A model generated the notes under the pieces. The model ran no database searches and was not told the DNA's origin. It saw nothing but the letters and a program-made list of their open reading frames with translations. A DNA stretch of 64,000 nucleotides from Psammoneis japonica (Eukaryota): contig QPGO01000032.1 of NCBI GenBank assembly GCA_008632985.1, positions 555,330 to 619,329 of the forward strand. The letters run 5' to 3'. This document shows positions 36,820 through 49,150 of this stretch, one piece after another (the first letter of the stretch is position 1; every line of letters begins with the position of its first letter). Both the position numbers and the translations under genes were made by a program.

Positions 36820-38461
36820 TCATGGTTCATCATCATCATCATCACATTCCTTGTGGCTATCGTCACTTGTTTCAGGATGCAATTACCGTCACGATACCCT
36901 TGGAGGTGACGGCAGATTTAGCAATCCAATGTCAAGATGCCGTACCAAACGAATCCGCAAAATCCGTGAACGCTTTCCAGAGCTTATTGTGGCTGCCGCA
37001 GAACCGACTGCAAATCTGGAGAAGCGTCTAATAGTAGTGAGGATGATGATGAAGACAAAACAAGTAATGATAATATCGACAAGAATGAAAAGAAAACAAA
37101 AAACCCCAAGGAGAAAAATCAGGAAGTGTTGAAAACGCAGAAACGAGGTGTACCTCAGCGACACGAATACGCATCCATGGTGGACTATCTAGAGGCCAAG
37201 TATATCAGGGAGTCATGGTCAACGACGACAAGGACGATGGAGGCACTGTATCGTCGGTGGAAGGAAATAATTCAGTGTATTCAGTAGACTCCTTCATCAA
37301 TGATACAGAACTCAAACGCGACGTGGTGGGACAAGTGCTGTCTCAATCGATTCAGACAAAGTTGGAAGAAGAGAATGAAAGCGGCGACGAGTTTTTCGTC
37401 AATGTGGGTAATTTAGAGGTAAAAGACTCTCAACATCTCATGGATTACGATATAAACAAGGATGAAAGCATAAAGAAAAAGGCAAAGAAACCTGCAACGA
37501 AAAAGAAACGAGCCGCATCTACCGAATCGACAAAGGCATCCCCGAAAAAGAAGAAAGCAAAAACCACAAACAGTGACGGCGCTCCGCCCAAAGCCAAAAA
37601 GACGGAACAAAAGCCCGAAGCACCACCAAAGTCACCAAAGAAGCTCAAAGAGATTGAAGCCTCAAGCAAAAGGCAAAGGAGCTCGACGACGCCAAGAATG
37701 TCTTGCACGACCAAGTCGTCAATGCGATTCAAAACATGACGGACCAACAATTGCCACGCCAAAAGAAGACCGTCAAGCTCAGAATTCCAGTTCCAGAAGG
37801 CAAAAAGGGCGGCGACTCGATACTGTTTGCGTAAGTTTACATGTTGTTGTTCTGCGCGCCGCATGGATCTTTCGAGCGCATCGTCTCACACTACTTTTGC
37901 TCGTCACCCTTGTCTCTTATTGTAGCAACCCACACGTTCCCAACCAGCGATTGAAAGCAACCGTGCCTCAAAAGAGCGGACCGGGCGAAACCTTTGTGGT
38001 GAGCGTTCCCGCTCCGCCTCCACCAGAGGACACGGACAATAAGTTTGATCGTGACTTTCAAGACTTGTTGGACGACTATTCCCAAGCACACGATGCGTGG
38101 GCTCAAGCACAAGTACTCGTTCATGCCGCCGAGGGAACCGAAAAGGACTTTTCTCCACATCAGGAACGAATGAACAAGTTTGACAAGTTGCTCAAGGAAT
38201 TTCCGTCCAATCTCGTGGTGCCGGTGGATGCCGTGTATTTGCGAAAGGTGGTGCGTCGAGCTAGACAAATCGAAACAAGCGCAAGAACAAGACGACTGTT
38301 GTTGCCAAACCTGTAGAAAAAGCTACAGAAGATGCGGAGCAGGAAGAAGAACCAGAAGAAGAAGTCGTTCCCAAGACTTGAAAATGAATGTGCCGGGAAT
38401 GGGACGCAACTTTGACCAAGTGGAAATCAATCTAGAGGACTTCAACCTCAAGAATGCGTAA
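36820..38461 (+). CDS. HPC2/ubinuclein-like (HUN/HRD domain) histone chaperone subunit; frame broken by several single-base indels
   Basis: YASMVDYLEAKY..YSVDSFINDTEL..FFVNVGNLEV resembles the Hpc2-related domain. Lys-rich tract. Intron starting gtaag at 37831. Boundaries approximate. Confidence 0.6.
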
Positions 38462-38681
38462 TATATTTGCAGAGGTACTTCTTTCTAAGATATGGTGGTA
38501 TAGAGTTTTTGGATATCCCGTAAGTCAAGACTACTATAGCTACTTGAGAGTATCGACTTTTGTTGTCGCGTCATGCTACATCACGTAACCCGTTTTGCAC
38601 ACTTGTCTTTCAAGAGGCGTACGAAGAGAAGTAAAATCGTAGTTATTGCCAAAATATCGATACTCTAGATGCAAGCCGTAG

Positions 38682-39841
38682 CTATTTCTCCATGGAGAAC
38701 ACTTGCAACCACCCCTTTTCCGTTCCAGCCACGAGACGATTATGGTCGTAATTGGCGTGAATTGTCCACGGTGTATTGTGTCCCGGAGAATCATCGTCTT
38801 GTGCGCTAAATTTAAAGAGAGGCGCATACGATCCTTGACCCGACAAGGTCCATACATGAATGCGTCCATCGGTTCCACTCGTGACAAACCGCCGACTGTC
38901 CTCACATGGAATCAAATCTAAAATCCAACCCTCATGCGCCCTCGTGACGTGATGAATGAGTGGTGGCGACGTCAAGTTTTTGCGATTCAAATCCCAGATA
39001 CAAACCATACCTCTGTCACTCCCCGCAATCAAAAGTTGTCCATCCGGTGTAAAGGCAATTCCACGAACCGGACTGGAATGTCGTGCAAACTTGTGCCATC
39101 GTTTGCCTTCGCGATACAAATCAATGGTCCCATCCTGACGTCCGACGGCGAGCAATTGAGCAAACGCCGAGTGCCACACGAGACGAGTCGCAACCGCGTT
39201 CTTGTCGGAACCAAGTGTCTCGACAATTGTACCAGCCTCCAATGGTTTTTTGTTGGCCTTTTCGAGAGCAGGAGTTCCCAATCCGCTAGCCACCACGACG
39301 ACCGATCCATCCAAACAACCTACAGCCATGAGAATGTTTTGATTGTATCGAGTATTGGAGCCATTGTTTTTTGGAGAACACAGTGCCATGCTTGTACCAG
39401 TCGCGCTTTCCAAGTGAAATTCAACAACTGGCTTTTTCTTGAGTGACTCGGTTGTTGTCTGATTGATTCTTCTTCTGAAATGCTCCAAACTCGCACCTGC
39501 CTACCAAATCGATACTCGCACAAGCACATCTCCCGCCAAGTCATCATCTCCAACATAATTACGAATGACTGATACTTGTGTGCATCCCAAGGAAGCCTTA
39601 CTGTTGCTTGTAGGAACTGCATTGTTCGCTACCAATTCAAACGAGGAAACAGTTTCAACGCTGCCGCATCCAACGAGTCGTCGGTATTATCTTTTTCATG
39701 TACTCGAAAGCCATTGACAATTCCGTTTCCACTAGCTGTCCATATCATCCAACCATTCTTATACGTCATGGTTTGTACCTGCCAAATGGGAGCACCATGA
39801 TCATTGGCGGCTTGTCGGTGCAACGAACGGTAGCCGCTCAT
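38682..39841 (-). CDS. WD40-repeat protein (WDR61/SKI8-like); frame broken in the 5' part
   Basis: HSSPVRGIAFTPDGQLLIAGSDRGMVCIWD and AHEGWILD..FVTSGTDGRIHVW. N-terminal exon AANDHGAPIW. Confidence 0.75.
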
Positions 39842-40129
39842 GGTGTGCTGCAGAAAAAAGTGAGAGCGCGGGAGCGCGAAAACTCTTGGGAGAGCTCGCG
39901 GCCCCTTTGGAATGAATCATAAAAAACCTCCATGGATGAATACTATTCAATGCATCTCATTTTTTGGATTTTTCGAAAAAACTGGCAACGACCGACACAA
40001 AACACACAGTCAGCACGCACCGTTTCTTTGCGAAAGGAGACGCTAACGATACTGTTTGATGAAACACAAAGCTACGATAGAGCACATTTCTCTCGCAAGG
40101 TAGTCCACATCTCTCTCGTCTGGCTTGTC

Positions 40130-42655
40130 ATGAGGACCTTTGCGTTGAGTGCAGCGTGGGTCTTTTCCTGTTTCTCCTTCAGCAGCGCCTTCACATTATT
40201 TTCGCCTCGGCATCACTCAACATCGTTTATCGTTGATGGTCGCGGCGGCATAGCTACCAAGACGTCGAGTAGTAGTCTTTATGCAAGCACATCCGATGAG
40301 AGAGTAATTCCCCGCAAGACTCTGTTTGGCAATCCCGAATATGCATCGCCCATGCTTTCACCCGATGGCAATTACTTGGCCTACCTTGCTCCATCTCCAC
40401 AAGGTGTCCTCAATGTCTTTTGCTCTCCGCTGCAACGAAACAATGACGATGCTGACTGCAGCATTCAAGTTTTGGACGCGACACAAGTCACCAATGATAC
40501 GTCTCGTGGTATTCGTCGAGCCTTTTGGGCACAAGACTCTCAAACCATGTTGTACATGCAAGATGTAGAGGGCAATGAAAACTTTCATTTGTGGGCCATT
40601 AATGCGACACTTGCGTGTAGCTCCAAGGAACAACAGGTGGCACACGATTTGACACCGGGAGATGACGTCAAGGTGAGTAATATAGTACTGTAAGCGACCT
40701 GTCAAGAAAATCATTGGAACAACAAGAAAGATACATGGCGCTTACAAAGAACGCTTCCCATATATACATACACAACAACAACTCGATATAGGCACAAAAC
40801 GTCATTACCAACAAGCGGTATCCCAACCAGATATTGGTGGCAACGAATGAACGTGACTCCAAATGCTTTGACATGTATCGTTGTGATTTGGAAACCAAAA
40901 CATTAACGTTGCAAGAAAAAAATCCTGGCAACGTGATTGGTTGGGGCTGTGAAGACGAAAGCTTTGAGGTTCGTCAAGCTACCGTTCGGAATCAAGCAGA
41001 CTCGTCGTCAACGGTTCGTGTCCTACACAATGGTGAGTGGAAAGATCTCATTACGTTCCCCTTTGATGAAGATGGAAGCTTTGTGGATTTTTGTACCGAT
41101 GACGGCAAGTCGTGTTGGATGACGAGCAGTTTGGGACGGGAAACGACAGCCCTGCTGCGTGTTGATTTGAAAACGGGAGAAACCATGGAAGAAGTGTTTT
41201 CGACGGACAAGTGCAATGTCGGTGGAGTATCACTTGATCAAGGTATAGTATTAGTAGTTGTGTGGTATCGTCCCTTTTTTACTTCTCCTCTGTGCAACAA
41301 TAATTCACTTATACCCTATTCTCTTCGGTGCGCTCCTGCCAGACACCAAGGAGGTTCGAGTTGTATCATACAACTATGCTCGACTAGAACGCGTATTTTT
41401 TGACAAGGAACTTGAAGAGGATTACAAAGTGCTGAAATCCCTGGGTCCTACGGATGCGGAGTTTTCACCTGTTAGCAAAACACGAGACGAAGACTTGTGG
41501 GTGGTCAGCTATCGTCGGTCGGACGGTCCTGCTGAATACGTCTTGTACAATCAAGTGGAAAAGACCACGACGCCGCTGTTTGTGTCGAAACCCGACCTGT
41601 TGGAATACAAGCTGGCTCCCATGGAGGATGTGCGGATAAAGGCGAGGGATGGCTTGGAGCTTGTTGGATACCTCACTCGAGCATCCACAGATTCGAAAAC
41701 ACCTCTAATACTGCTGGTACACGGCGGTCCTTGGGCACGAGATTATTGGGGCTTTAACCCACAGGCACAGTGGTTTGCCAATCGCGGATACGCTACGCTT
41801 CAGGTGAGAATGAGGTGCTTTCACTTATTGACGGCGTTGCGTAACTCGAATCCTGTTTCCAACTTTCTTTGCGGCTTTAACTTCAGGTGAATTATCGCGG
41901 CTCAACAGGATACAGCAAGACCTTTCTACACAAGGGTGACAAGCAATGGGGAGTTGGTGACATGCAACACGATCTGACTGATGCTGTAAAGTGGGCGATT
42001 GAAGAAGGCATAGCTGACAAGGACAACATTGCCATTTATGGCGGTTCGTACGGAGGGTATGCTTGTTTGGCTGGAATGACCTTTACACCAGACTTGTACA
42101 AGTGTGGAGTCGACATTGTGGGGGTAAGCCATACCTCTTTTGATAATGCCGAAAAACGTGTGTTCCACAATGACAAGCTAACTCTCGCTCTCTTTCCAAC
42201 TTTCTTCATTGCGTTGTTTTCTCTATCAGCCGTCAAACATCAAGACGTTGCTTGATAGTATCCCAGATTACTGGGGACCACTTCGAAATGGCATGCTGTT
42301 GAAAATTGGCGACGTTGACGAAGACGAAGAATTCAACAAGAAGATTTCGCCTCTTTTCCACGTGGATAACATCAAATCCCCACTCCTTATCGGTCAAGGT
42401 GCGAACGATCCTCGCGTCAAGCAAGCAGAGGCTGATCAAATCGCCTTCTCCATGCAAGACAAAGGCATCCCAGTTGAGTATGTTTTGTATCCTGACGAAG
42501 GCCACGGCTTTGCCAGACCTGACAACCGAATCGACTTTAATGGCCGTTCAGAACTCTTTCTAGCGAAGCACTTGGGTGGACGATGCGAAGAATTTGAAAA
42601 GCCAGAGGGATCGACTGCTACGTTCCCTTTGGAGACAAGAGGACTGGCCAAATAG
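40130..42655 (+). CDS. S9-family serine peptidase (prolyl oligopeptidase/acylaminoacyl peptidase), probably plastid-targeted; 5 exons
   Basis: [22 protein letters not shown] (Ser), GANDPRV (Asp) and DEGHG (His). Introns ~40673-40791, 41243-41342, 41804-41886 and 42124-42229. SSA|F presequence. Confidence 0.93.
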
Positions 42656-42759
42656 AATCATAGATTTGCGACTAATGTAAAATCCACTGAGTTGCCTGGT
42701 GTAATGCGGCATTCAGTTACCATGAGTAGTGGTTTTTGTCTGCGGGTATACAACAACAA

Positions 42760-44180
42760 CAAAAACATGTTGTGTTGAATCACCTCGCTTCCTCCTCACA
42801 GTCAAGGCGCGTGCGTGCAGCACTGTTGGCCCAAGCACAATGAGAATCACATCATTTGGGCACACATGTGTAGTGCGGGATTTTGGGATGTGCTGGACTC
42901 CCTCCGACCTCACCGCGGGGTTTCCACGAGGAAATCAAAAGAATTGGGCGTCAACAATGGTGAATTGAGCTTGTTTTTTTTTTTTTTTGCTCTTAACCTT
43001 CATTGTTTCTGGAGACCATTGCAGTCACAAAAACTCTGTCTCATCCTGACTTGCAAGCTGCTGCAATCTTGTCCAATCACAGAGACACCCACGCACACTC
43101 TGGGAGGGTTGATCTTGTGTGCCATGGTGCACTGACACCCACTGACCATCAGCAGGGTGGACAGTGCAAAATCAAGGCAGGAGTTGTTGCAAGTCACCGA
43201 GAGCATGACAGCTGTTCTTTTCCATGCAGGCCAGCACAAAAATTTGCTGCAAATGTTGAGAACAGCTTTCCAGGTTCTGCGTGGAGACAAGCATCCAAAA
43301 AAATCTGCAAAAACAGTGCTCAATGTGGTGGTGCCAAATGCAGCGATGGGGGCACTGCATCTGGCCAGAAATTGGCTGATCAAGCAAAGATCAAATCTTC
43401 TTAGGGGCAAAAAAACAAAAACTAAAACAAAAAAAGCCAGTGGTCAGTGAGGGCAAGTGGCAATCACCAAAAGAAAGAGATGATGGCAAGCCAACACGAG
43501 GTCCCTTGCCATTGGAAAAAGAAGCAGAGTGTGGCCACTCACAAAAAACAAAAAAAAGCCAAGCACCATGCTCTCAAAGCCCACCCATTAGCAAAGCAAA
43601 AGCAGCTGCTCTGTGGCTGCAAGTGTGAGTTTGGCACTGCTCAGCAGCTCAAGCTCCAACGAGCACGGCATTGGGCAACTGGAAGGACAAAAAATTGCCA
43701 AAAAAGTTGAGAAAGAGTGAGCAGCAACAGTGCACAGTTGGCAACAGAGGGGCAAGCAGATTTTGGATCCCACAGCCATGCTCAACCCCTGCAGCATTTG
43801 GTCTGATCTGGGCCTGGTGGGACACCACCTCTCAGCTGGCCCGGCTGGAGAAAGCTGGTGGCCTTTTTGTTTCTCACAACAAACAGCTCAGTGCCACATC
43901 AGCCCACAACATGCAAGTGGGCTCTGGGCAGCAAAAATCTCTTCTTTGGCTGCAGCAAGCAAGCATTTGACCTGCCGCCATTTGCAACAGACTTGCGACC
44001 CATGCAAAGGGGAGAGGACGAGGCTCTGGCCATCGACAGGCCTGGCTTTGGTTGGAGAGGTGCTGGTGTGTTGTGCACACATTCGAAGAGCAGCGCAGTC
44101 AGTGCACATCAATGAGAAGTGGCCACAAATGAGAACCAACGCACAAACGAGAACTTTGGGAGATGAGCGAATGCTCGCAA
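42760..44180. repeat. TpA/CpG-erased relic domain C
   Basis: Near absence of TA and CG between two normal genes. Confidence 0.7.
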
Positions 44181-44547
44181 CGTGTGAAGACTAGAGACAA
44201 CCCAGAAAACAGGTGGCAGCACGATGAAGAGTTAAGAATCAGTGAGGCAAAGATCTGTCCATTGTACATAAAAGTTCTATGAGTTTTACGAGCCACAACT
44301 TCAACTGAAGATTGCCCACGATCTTTTCCAGGATGTTCCGGACTCGCCGAATTCGCGGAGTATCACTTTCGCGGCATCTGATTCGCGGAACGACTCAAGT
44401 TGGGACTGCCACCGTCACTTTTCAGTCGATTCACTCGTGTTCTTGCGAACACTCATGATCACTTCACTTCTTGTGAAACACATCGTCACGCCAAAAAATT
44501 CTGAAGAACCCCATTTCTCCCAAACGATCAAGACTCTCAGTCAAAAG

Positions 44548-45018
44548 ATGACAAATAATACAATTCATGCTGCAACACAGCCACATATCTACGAGCTACC
44601 CATTGTGGTTATGACTGCGGGGAAGCTTGCCTTGTGGCCGCAAGCATCACCGATTTTCAGTTCTTCTTGGATTCCTGGAGTATGTTTAGGCTTTCCGCTT
44701 CTGTTTATGGGGCTATTTTGGGCACTGGAGGCACAATCCGCGTTTAAAGCCGCAAAAATTCCACTGACAGGAGGTCCCTCAGACGTCTTACATACAAGCG
44801 GAGCATACGAGGTATCCCGCAATCCAATGTATTTGGGAATCGTATTTGCGCTGGTAGGAGCAGCCTTTGTCACGAATTGCGTATGGCACATGGCGCTCCC
44901 AGTAGCATGTATGCTGGTGATGGACTTCTACCTTATTCCAATAGAAGAGGAGCAGCTCAAAGACAGATTTGGCATTCAGTATTTGAAATACAAAGAAAAG
45001 GTGAACAGATGGCTTTAG
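44548..45018 (+). CDS. ICMT/PEMT-family membrane methyltransferase
   Basis: LHTSGAYEVSRNPMYLG..IPIEEEQLKDRFGIQYLKYKEKVNRW. Confidence 0.85.
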   Translation: MTNNTIHAATQPHIYELPIVVMTAGKLALWPQASPIFSSSWIPGVCLGFPLLFMGLFWALEAQSAFKAAKIPLTGGPSDVLHTSGAYEVSRNPMYLGIVFALVGAAFVTNCVWHMALPVACMLVMDFYLIPIEEEQLKDRFGIQYLKYKEKVNRWL

Positions 45019-46365
45019 GCTGCATTTCTTTCACGAGCCAACAACCAAGAGCTCTCCTTCACTACGATCTGCAGCCTACCGTATCCCAAGTCCACAGCTT
45101 CCAGCACTTCCCAACTCAAAAGGAACTCCAGGACAGCACCAGAAGTCGGACCTTCAGAAGAATATGTACCGAGAGGAGCGATATATGCGTTATACACAGG
45201 CAGCAGGCGGCGTACCGGTATTACATCGCCAACGCCATTATTATCTAAAGAAGCGCCTTGCTTCGCCTAGGGATCTGCAGCTGCGAATCCAATAGGACTG
45301 CAATCACAGCTTGAGAAAAGGCTACACTTAACATATAAAGCATATAAAGTTTGCAACTTACAAAATAGTGGATCAATTATTTATCCTTCGTCGGCTACTG
45401 TATCATGTTCCGATCTACGGAGAGCTCGACGAAATTATTACCGAGGTAGAAGGTAGAGTTCTTATCGTTTCTCAAAAGGCTGCACACTTGACGAATGAGA
45501 AATCGAACTAATAGATCATTCGACGAATATGAAGAGGCGGCACTACAATAGAACATGGGCGTTGCGGGATGGACACCATAAATCTGCGTGTCTTCGTATT
45601 CGGAGAAACTAGCAAACAGACACTAGCTCCTTCAATTTGATGGTTGTGGGCAGAAGATCGAAGTGCAAGTGTGCATGAAACATGCAAAGTTTTGTGTGCG
45701 CCTGCACTTCGATTTTGGAGAAATAAAAAATTGAAGAAGTTTGTTGTGCCAAATGCGAGGTGGGCCATTTGGTGGGGGGCCCACGTGTGTTGCCCAAAGC
45801 TCGAGCAGGCCCCTGGTGATGACAACAAAAATCAATGGCCTCCCACTCATGGTCACCACACCACGTCAACAATGAAATGACCAGGTTTGTCTCTGACCAG
45901 AAGATCAAGACACTGCTTGCTGGTTGAGTGCTGCAGCCAAGCTCGCAAGGCTTGCAAGAAGCTCAGGCATTTGCCTCCAGCACGGCCAGACAGGCAAATC
46001 GAAGAGCCACAAGAGGAGCCAGCAGGAAGAAAGCAGTGGCTCCTCACTGCCATCTGTGTGGCTGCTGAGTCTCCATGCAGAGACCACTGAAAGTGCCAAA
46101 AGACATCATGCTTGTTGCAAAGTTGGCGCTGCTGGTCTGCTGCCACTGCTCTTGGTGGTGTGAGCTGCGTGTCTTGAGAGAGAAGAGCTGCACAATCGCA
46201 GTGGTGCGCAAGGAGTCAAGAGAACACATGCCTGTGTGCAAAAACTGGCAACTGGCACACCACACAACAAATTGTGTGCAACTGGCACCCCATTCAATCA
46301 GCCCAGTGGCTCCCCATTTTGCTTGGGGGAGCTGCAGAAGTGGGCTCAATGCTGGGTTGACTGAA

Positions 46366-46755
46366 GACGGGTTCCAGTCCTAGGTGGGACTCCGTGTGAC
46401 ATTGGGCCCGTAGAATTCTACGTGCGAGCTCCGTAGTACGAGAATTTAATTAATGTATGTGTTTATCTTTAACATCAAATAAACGGCCAAGTTTGTGGTA
46501 CAATTATGCCTCTTGCCACTCGACGTTTTTGCAAATGCGCCTGCCCTACGCGATTCTTAAGACATTATAGAATCGCGCTGTAACAAAAAATGTCAAAAGT
46601 TGTTGGACGGATCGCTCAATAAGTGTACCGTAAAATGACACAAAATATCGAAAAAATCACGTAGAAATCTACGTGCGCGACATACGACGTGATTCAAAAA
46701 ACTATCGATGTCACAGTTCAGTAGTGCGAGGTCCCACCTAGACCTGGAACTCGTC
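46366..46755. mobile_element. MITE, 390 bp, young and unmutated
   Basis: 25-bp TIRs GACGGGTTCCAGTCCTAGGTGGGAC and GACGAGTTCCAGGTCTAGGTGGGAC (3 mismatches). 4-bp TSD TGAA. Rich in TA and CG. Confidence 0.9.
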
Positions 46756-48649
46756 TGAAGGCCTCAAGACTGAGGAGCATGGCACGCTGCTCAGTTGGAG
46801 CTCCCCTGCAGTGCAGCCAGCTGAAGAGCTTCAAGCAGGGCAGGCAAGGACACAAGATCAAGGAGAGTGCACTGTGTCAGGGCAATGAGAGTGCTGTCTT
46901 GCTGGCAAAGAACTCAGAAGCTGAACATCCAGTGCCAAATGAGCAAAAAGCACGCAGGAGCCATGCGACACTTGTTTGTGGCTGACAACAAAGAAAAGAC
47001 AATCTGACAGCCAGATGGTGCCCAGCCAAGATCATGCTTGCTGCCTGCTTTGCCAAGCTGCCACAAGAATTTGGTGCCATTCATCAAACTTTGAAGCCAG
47101 GTCATCATGAACATGGACAACAATCCCCCAGTTGATGACCTGAGCCACAGCAGAATTGTGCTGGAGAGCACAAAGAGCATGCTCACCTTTGAGCCACAAA
47201 AGAAGCAATGAAGAAGGTGGCAGGCCCAGCTGCAAATCTGCAATCAAGGAATTTAGCAAGTGATGCACTGAAGGCAAAGCAACCTTTTTTGGAGCTCCAG
47301 TTGGCTGGGGAAATGAAAACAAGAGGAGCGGTGCAGCAGCAAGGGTGTGCTCTTGACACAATGCAAAAAGACAAGGTGGTCAAAGAAAAGATGCAATTTG
47401 GCTCACTTTTCCAGTGCCTGTCAGAGTGTGTTGACTCTGCACCCAAAAGCTCAAGCACTTGCAGCCCAGAGCACACCCGTGCAGGGCCAGCACAGCCAAC
47501 AACTCAGCTGACACTAAGATGGGACCCAAAGCAGAGCACGGTGCTGGGGAGTGCTGCTGCGCTGCCTTGCTGCTTTGTGACAGTGACAACATGCAACTGC
47601 AACACAAGAAGACCCACTCTGCTGAGCCACAAATGAAAATCAGCCCTCTGGACATGGGCAAGCTGTCACTCACTCCGCCATCAAACCATGGAGGGTCAGT
47701 GGTGTGCTGCAATGCACAGCACAGCTTCAATCTAACTTTGTGTCTGCAAGCCACTCTGCTGTTGTTGTGAAGCTGGAGGGCACACAAAAATGGAAAAGAT
47801 GAGCTTCTTTCCATCAATGGCATCAGGTGCACAAATGGGTCAAATGGTGCCATTGTGACAGCATGCACAAAATGAACCCTTCTTGTGAGTTGGTTGACAT
47901 GCCATGCATGTGGAGCATTGGCACATGATTGTGGCAACATGCTGTGACATCTCTGCAGCATGGCAGCATTTTGGTCATTCTTGCAGTGTGGTGTGTTCTT
48001 TGTGCTGACTCTTGAAGTGCAAGTGCTGTGAAGGTGCGCACACTCCAAACATGCAGGCAAAAAACACCAGATGCCCTGGTGCTGCACACAAAGAAAAGAA
48101 AACAATGCACACTCTCCTTGTGAACAACTGCTGCTTGCTTGAGAATGTGCCTCTTTTGTTTTGGTGTCTGTGTCAAAGAAAGAGTCAGCAAATCTCTGCT
48201 CTGTGAATGGCAGATGAAGATCATGTCTTTGAAGTTTGAGGGAAACACGGCGCCTTTGTCATTTTCAGCTCCAAGCTTTGTCTGGGCAACAAGGCTGGAG
48301 CTGTGGACAGTGATGGGGTGGGAGAGTTGAGAGGAGCACCCTTCAAGCAAGATGCAAAGTGAGCAGAGACAGGGACACTTGTTTCATGCTGGTGGTTTCA
48401 TCTGTGGTGATCATGCCAGTGCTTTGTTCTGTCACAGCCCACATGATTTGACCACTTTCTCAGTGGCGCACAGCTGAGCAACAGATGAAGAGGTCAATTT
48501 GATGTGGGGGAGACATCTCATGCTGGTCATGTGTGGCCAAATCATGCTCTTTCTTGCACATCAGCAAAAAGAAAAAGTTGTGCACTCTCATGGAGAGAGC
48601 TCAGACTTGAGATGCCTCAAGCTTGGTGGCAGAAAATCCTGCTGAAGAT

Positions 48650-49150
48650 GAAAGCTGTGACATGCCAGCAACAAGAGTGGCAACAGCTTTGTTTTGCACT
48701 GTGCTTGTCTTGCTTGACATGTGTGACCCCCTTCTGTTGGGCTGCAATGCTCCTTTGCCAACTTTGCATCTGTTGGCAAGGACGATGGTGCAGTCTGGAG
48801 GTGAAAGAAGAAGGCCACAGCTTTTCTCTGTTCTCAGCACAGCCCACACACCCCAACAAAACAGCAAAGCTGTGCAGGGGCTTGTGCTGACCCCCACAAA
48901 CTTGTGTTTGGCTTTTCTCAGCTTTGCTTTCAGGCTTTTCTAGATTCTCAATGAGCCCAGCAATGGTGCTGATCTCAGTGTGCTGACAGCACTTGAGTTG
49001 GTGCACCTTGGAGGGTTTAGCAGCATGCTTGTGACTCTCAGCCACAGCCAGCTTTTTGCTGAGTCTGGCTGATGTGTGCTGAATGTGACAGTGTGGTGAA
49101 GGACCTTTTGTGAGATGATCACTTTTTGAGCATGCAGAGCATCTTGTTCA
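48650..49150 (+). repeat. Decayed dispersed repeat homologous to ~59945-60440
   Basis: Shared blocks tctctgttctcagcacagcc, aaaacagcaaagctgtgcag, ttctagattctcaatgagcccagcaa and cacttgagttggtgcaccttg. Confidence 0.85.
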
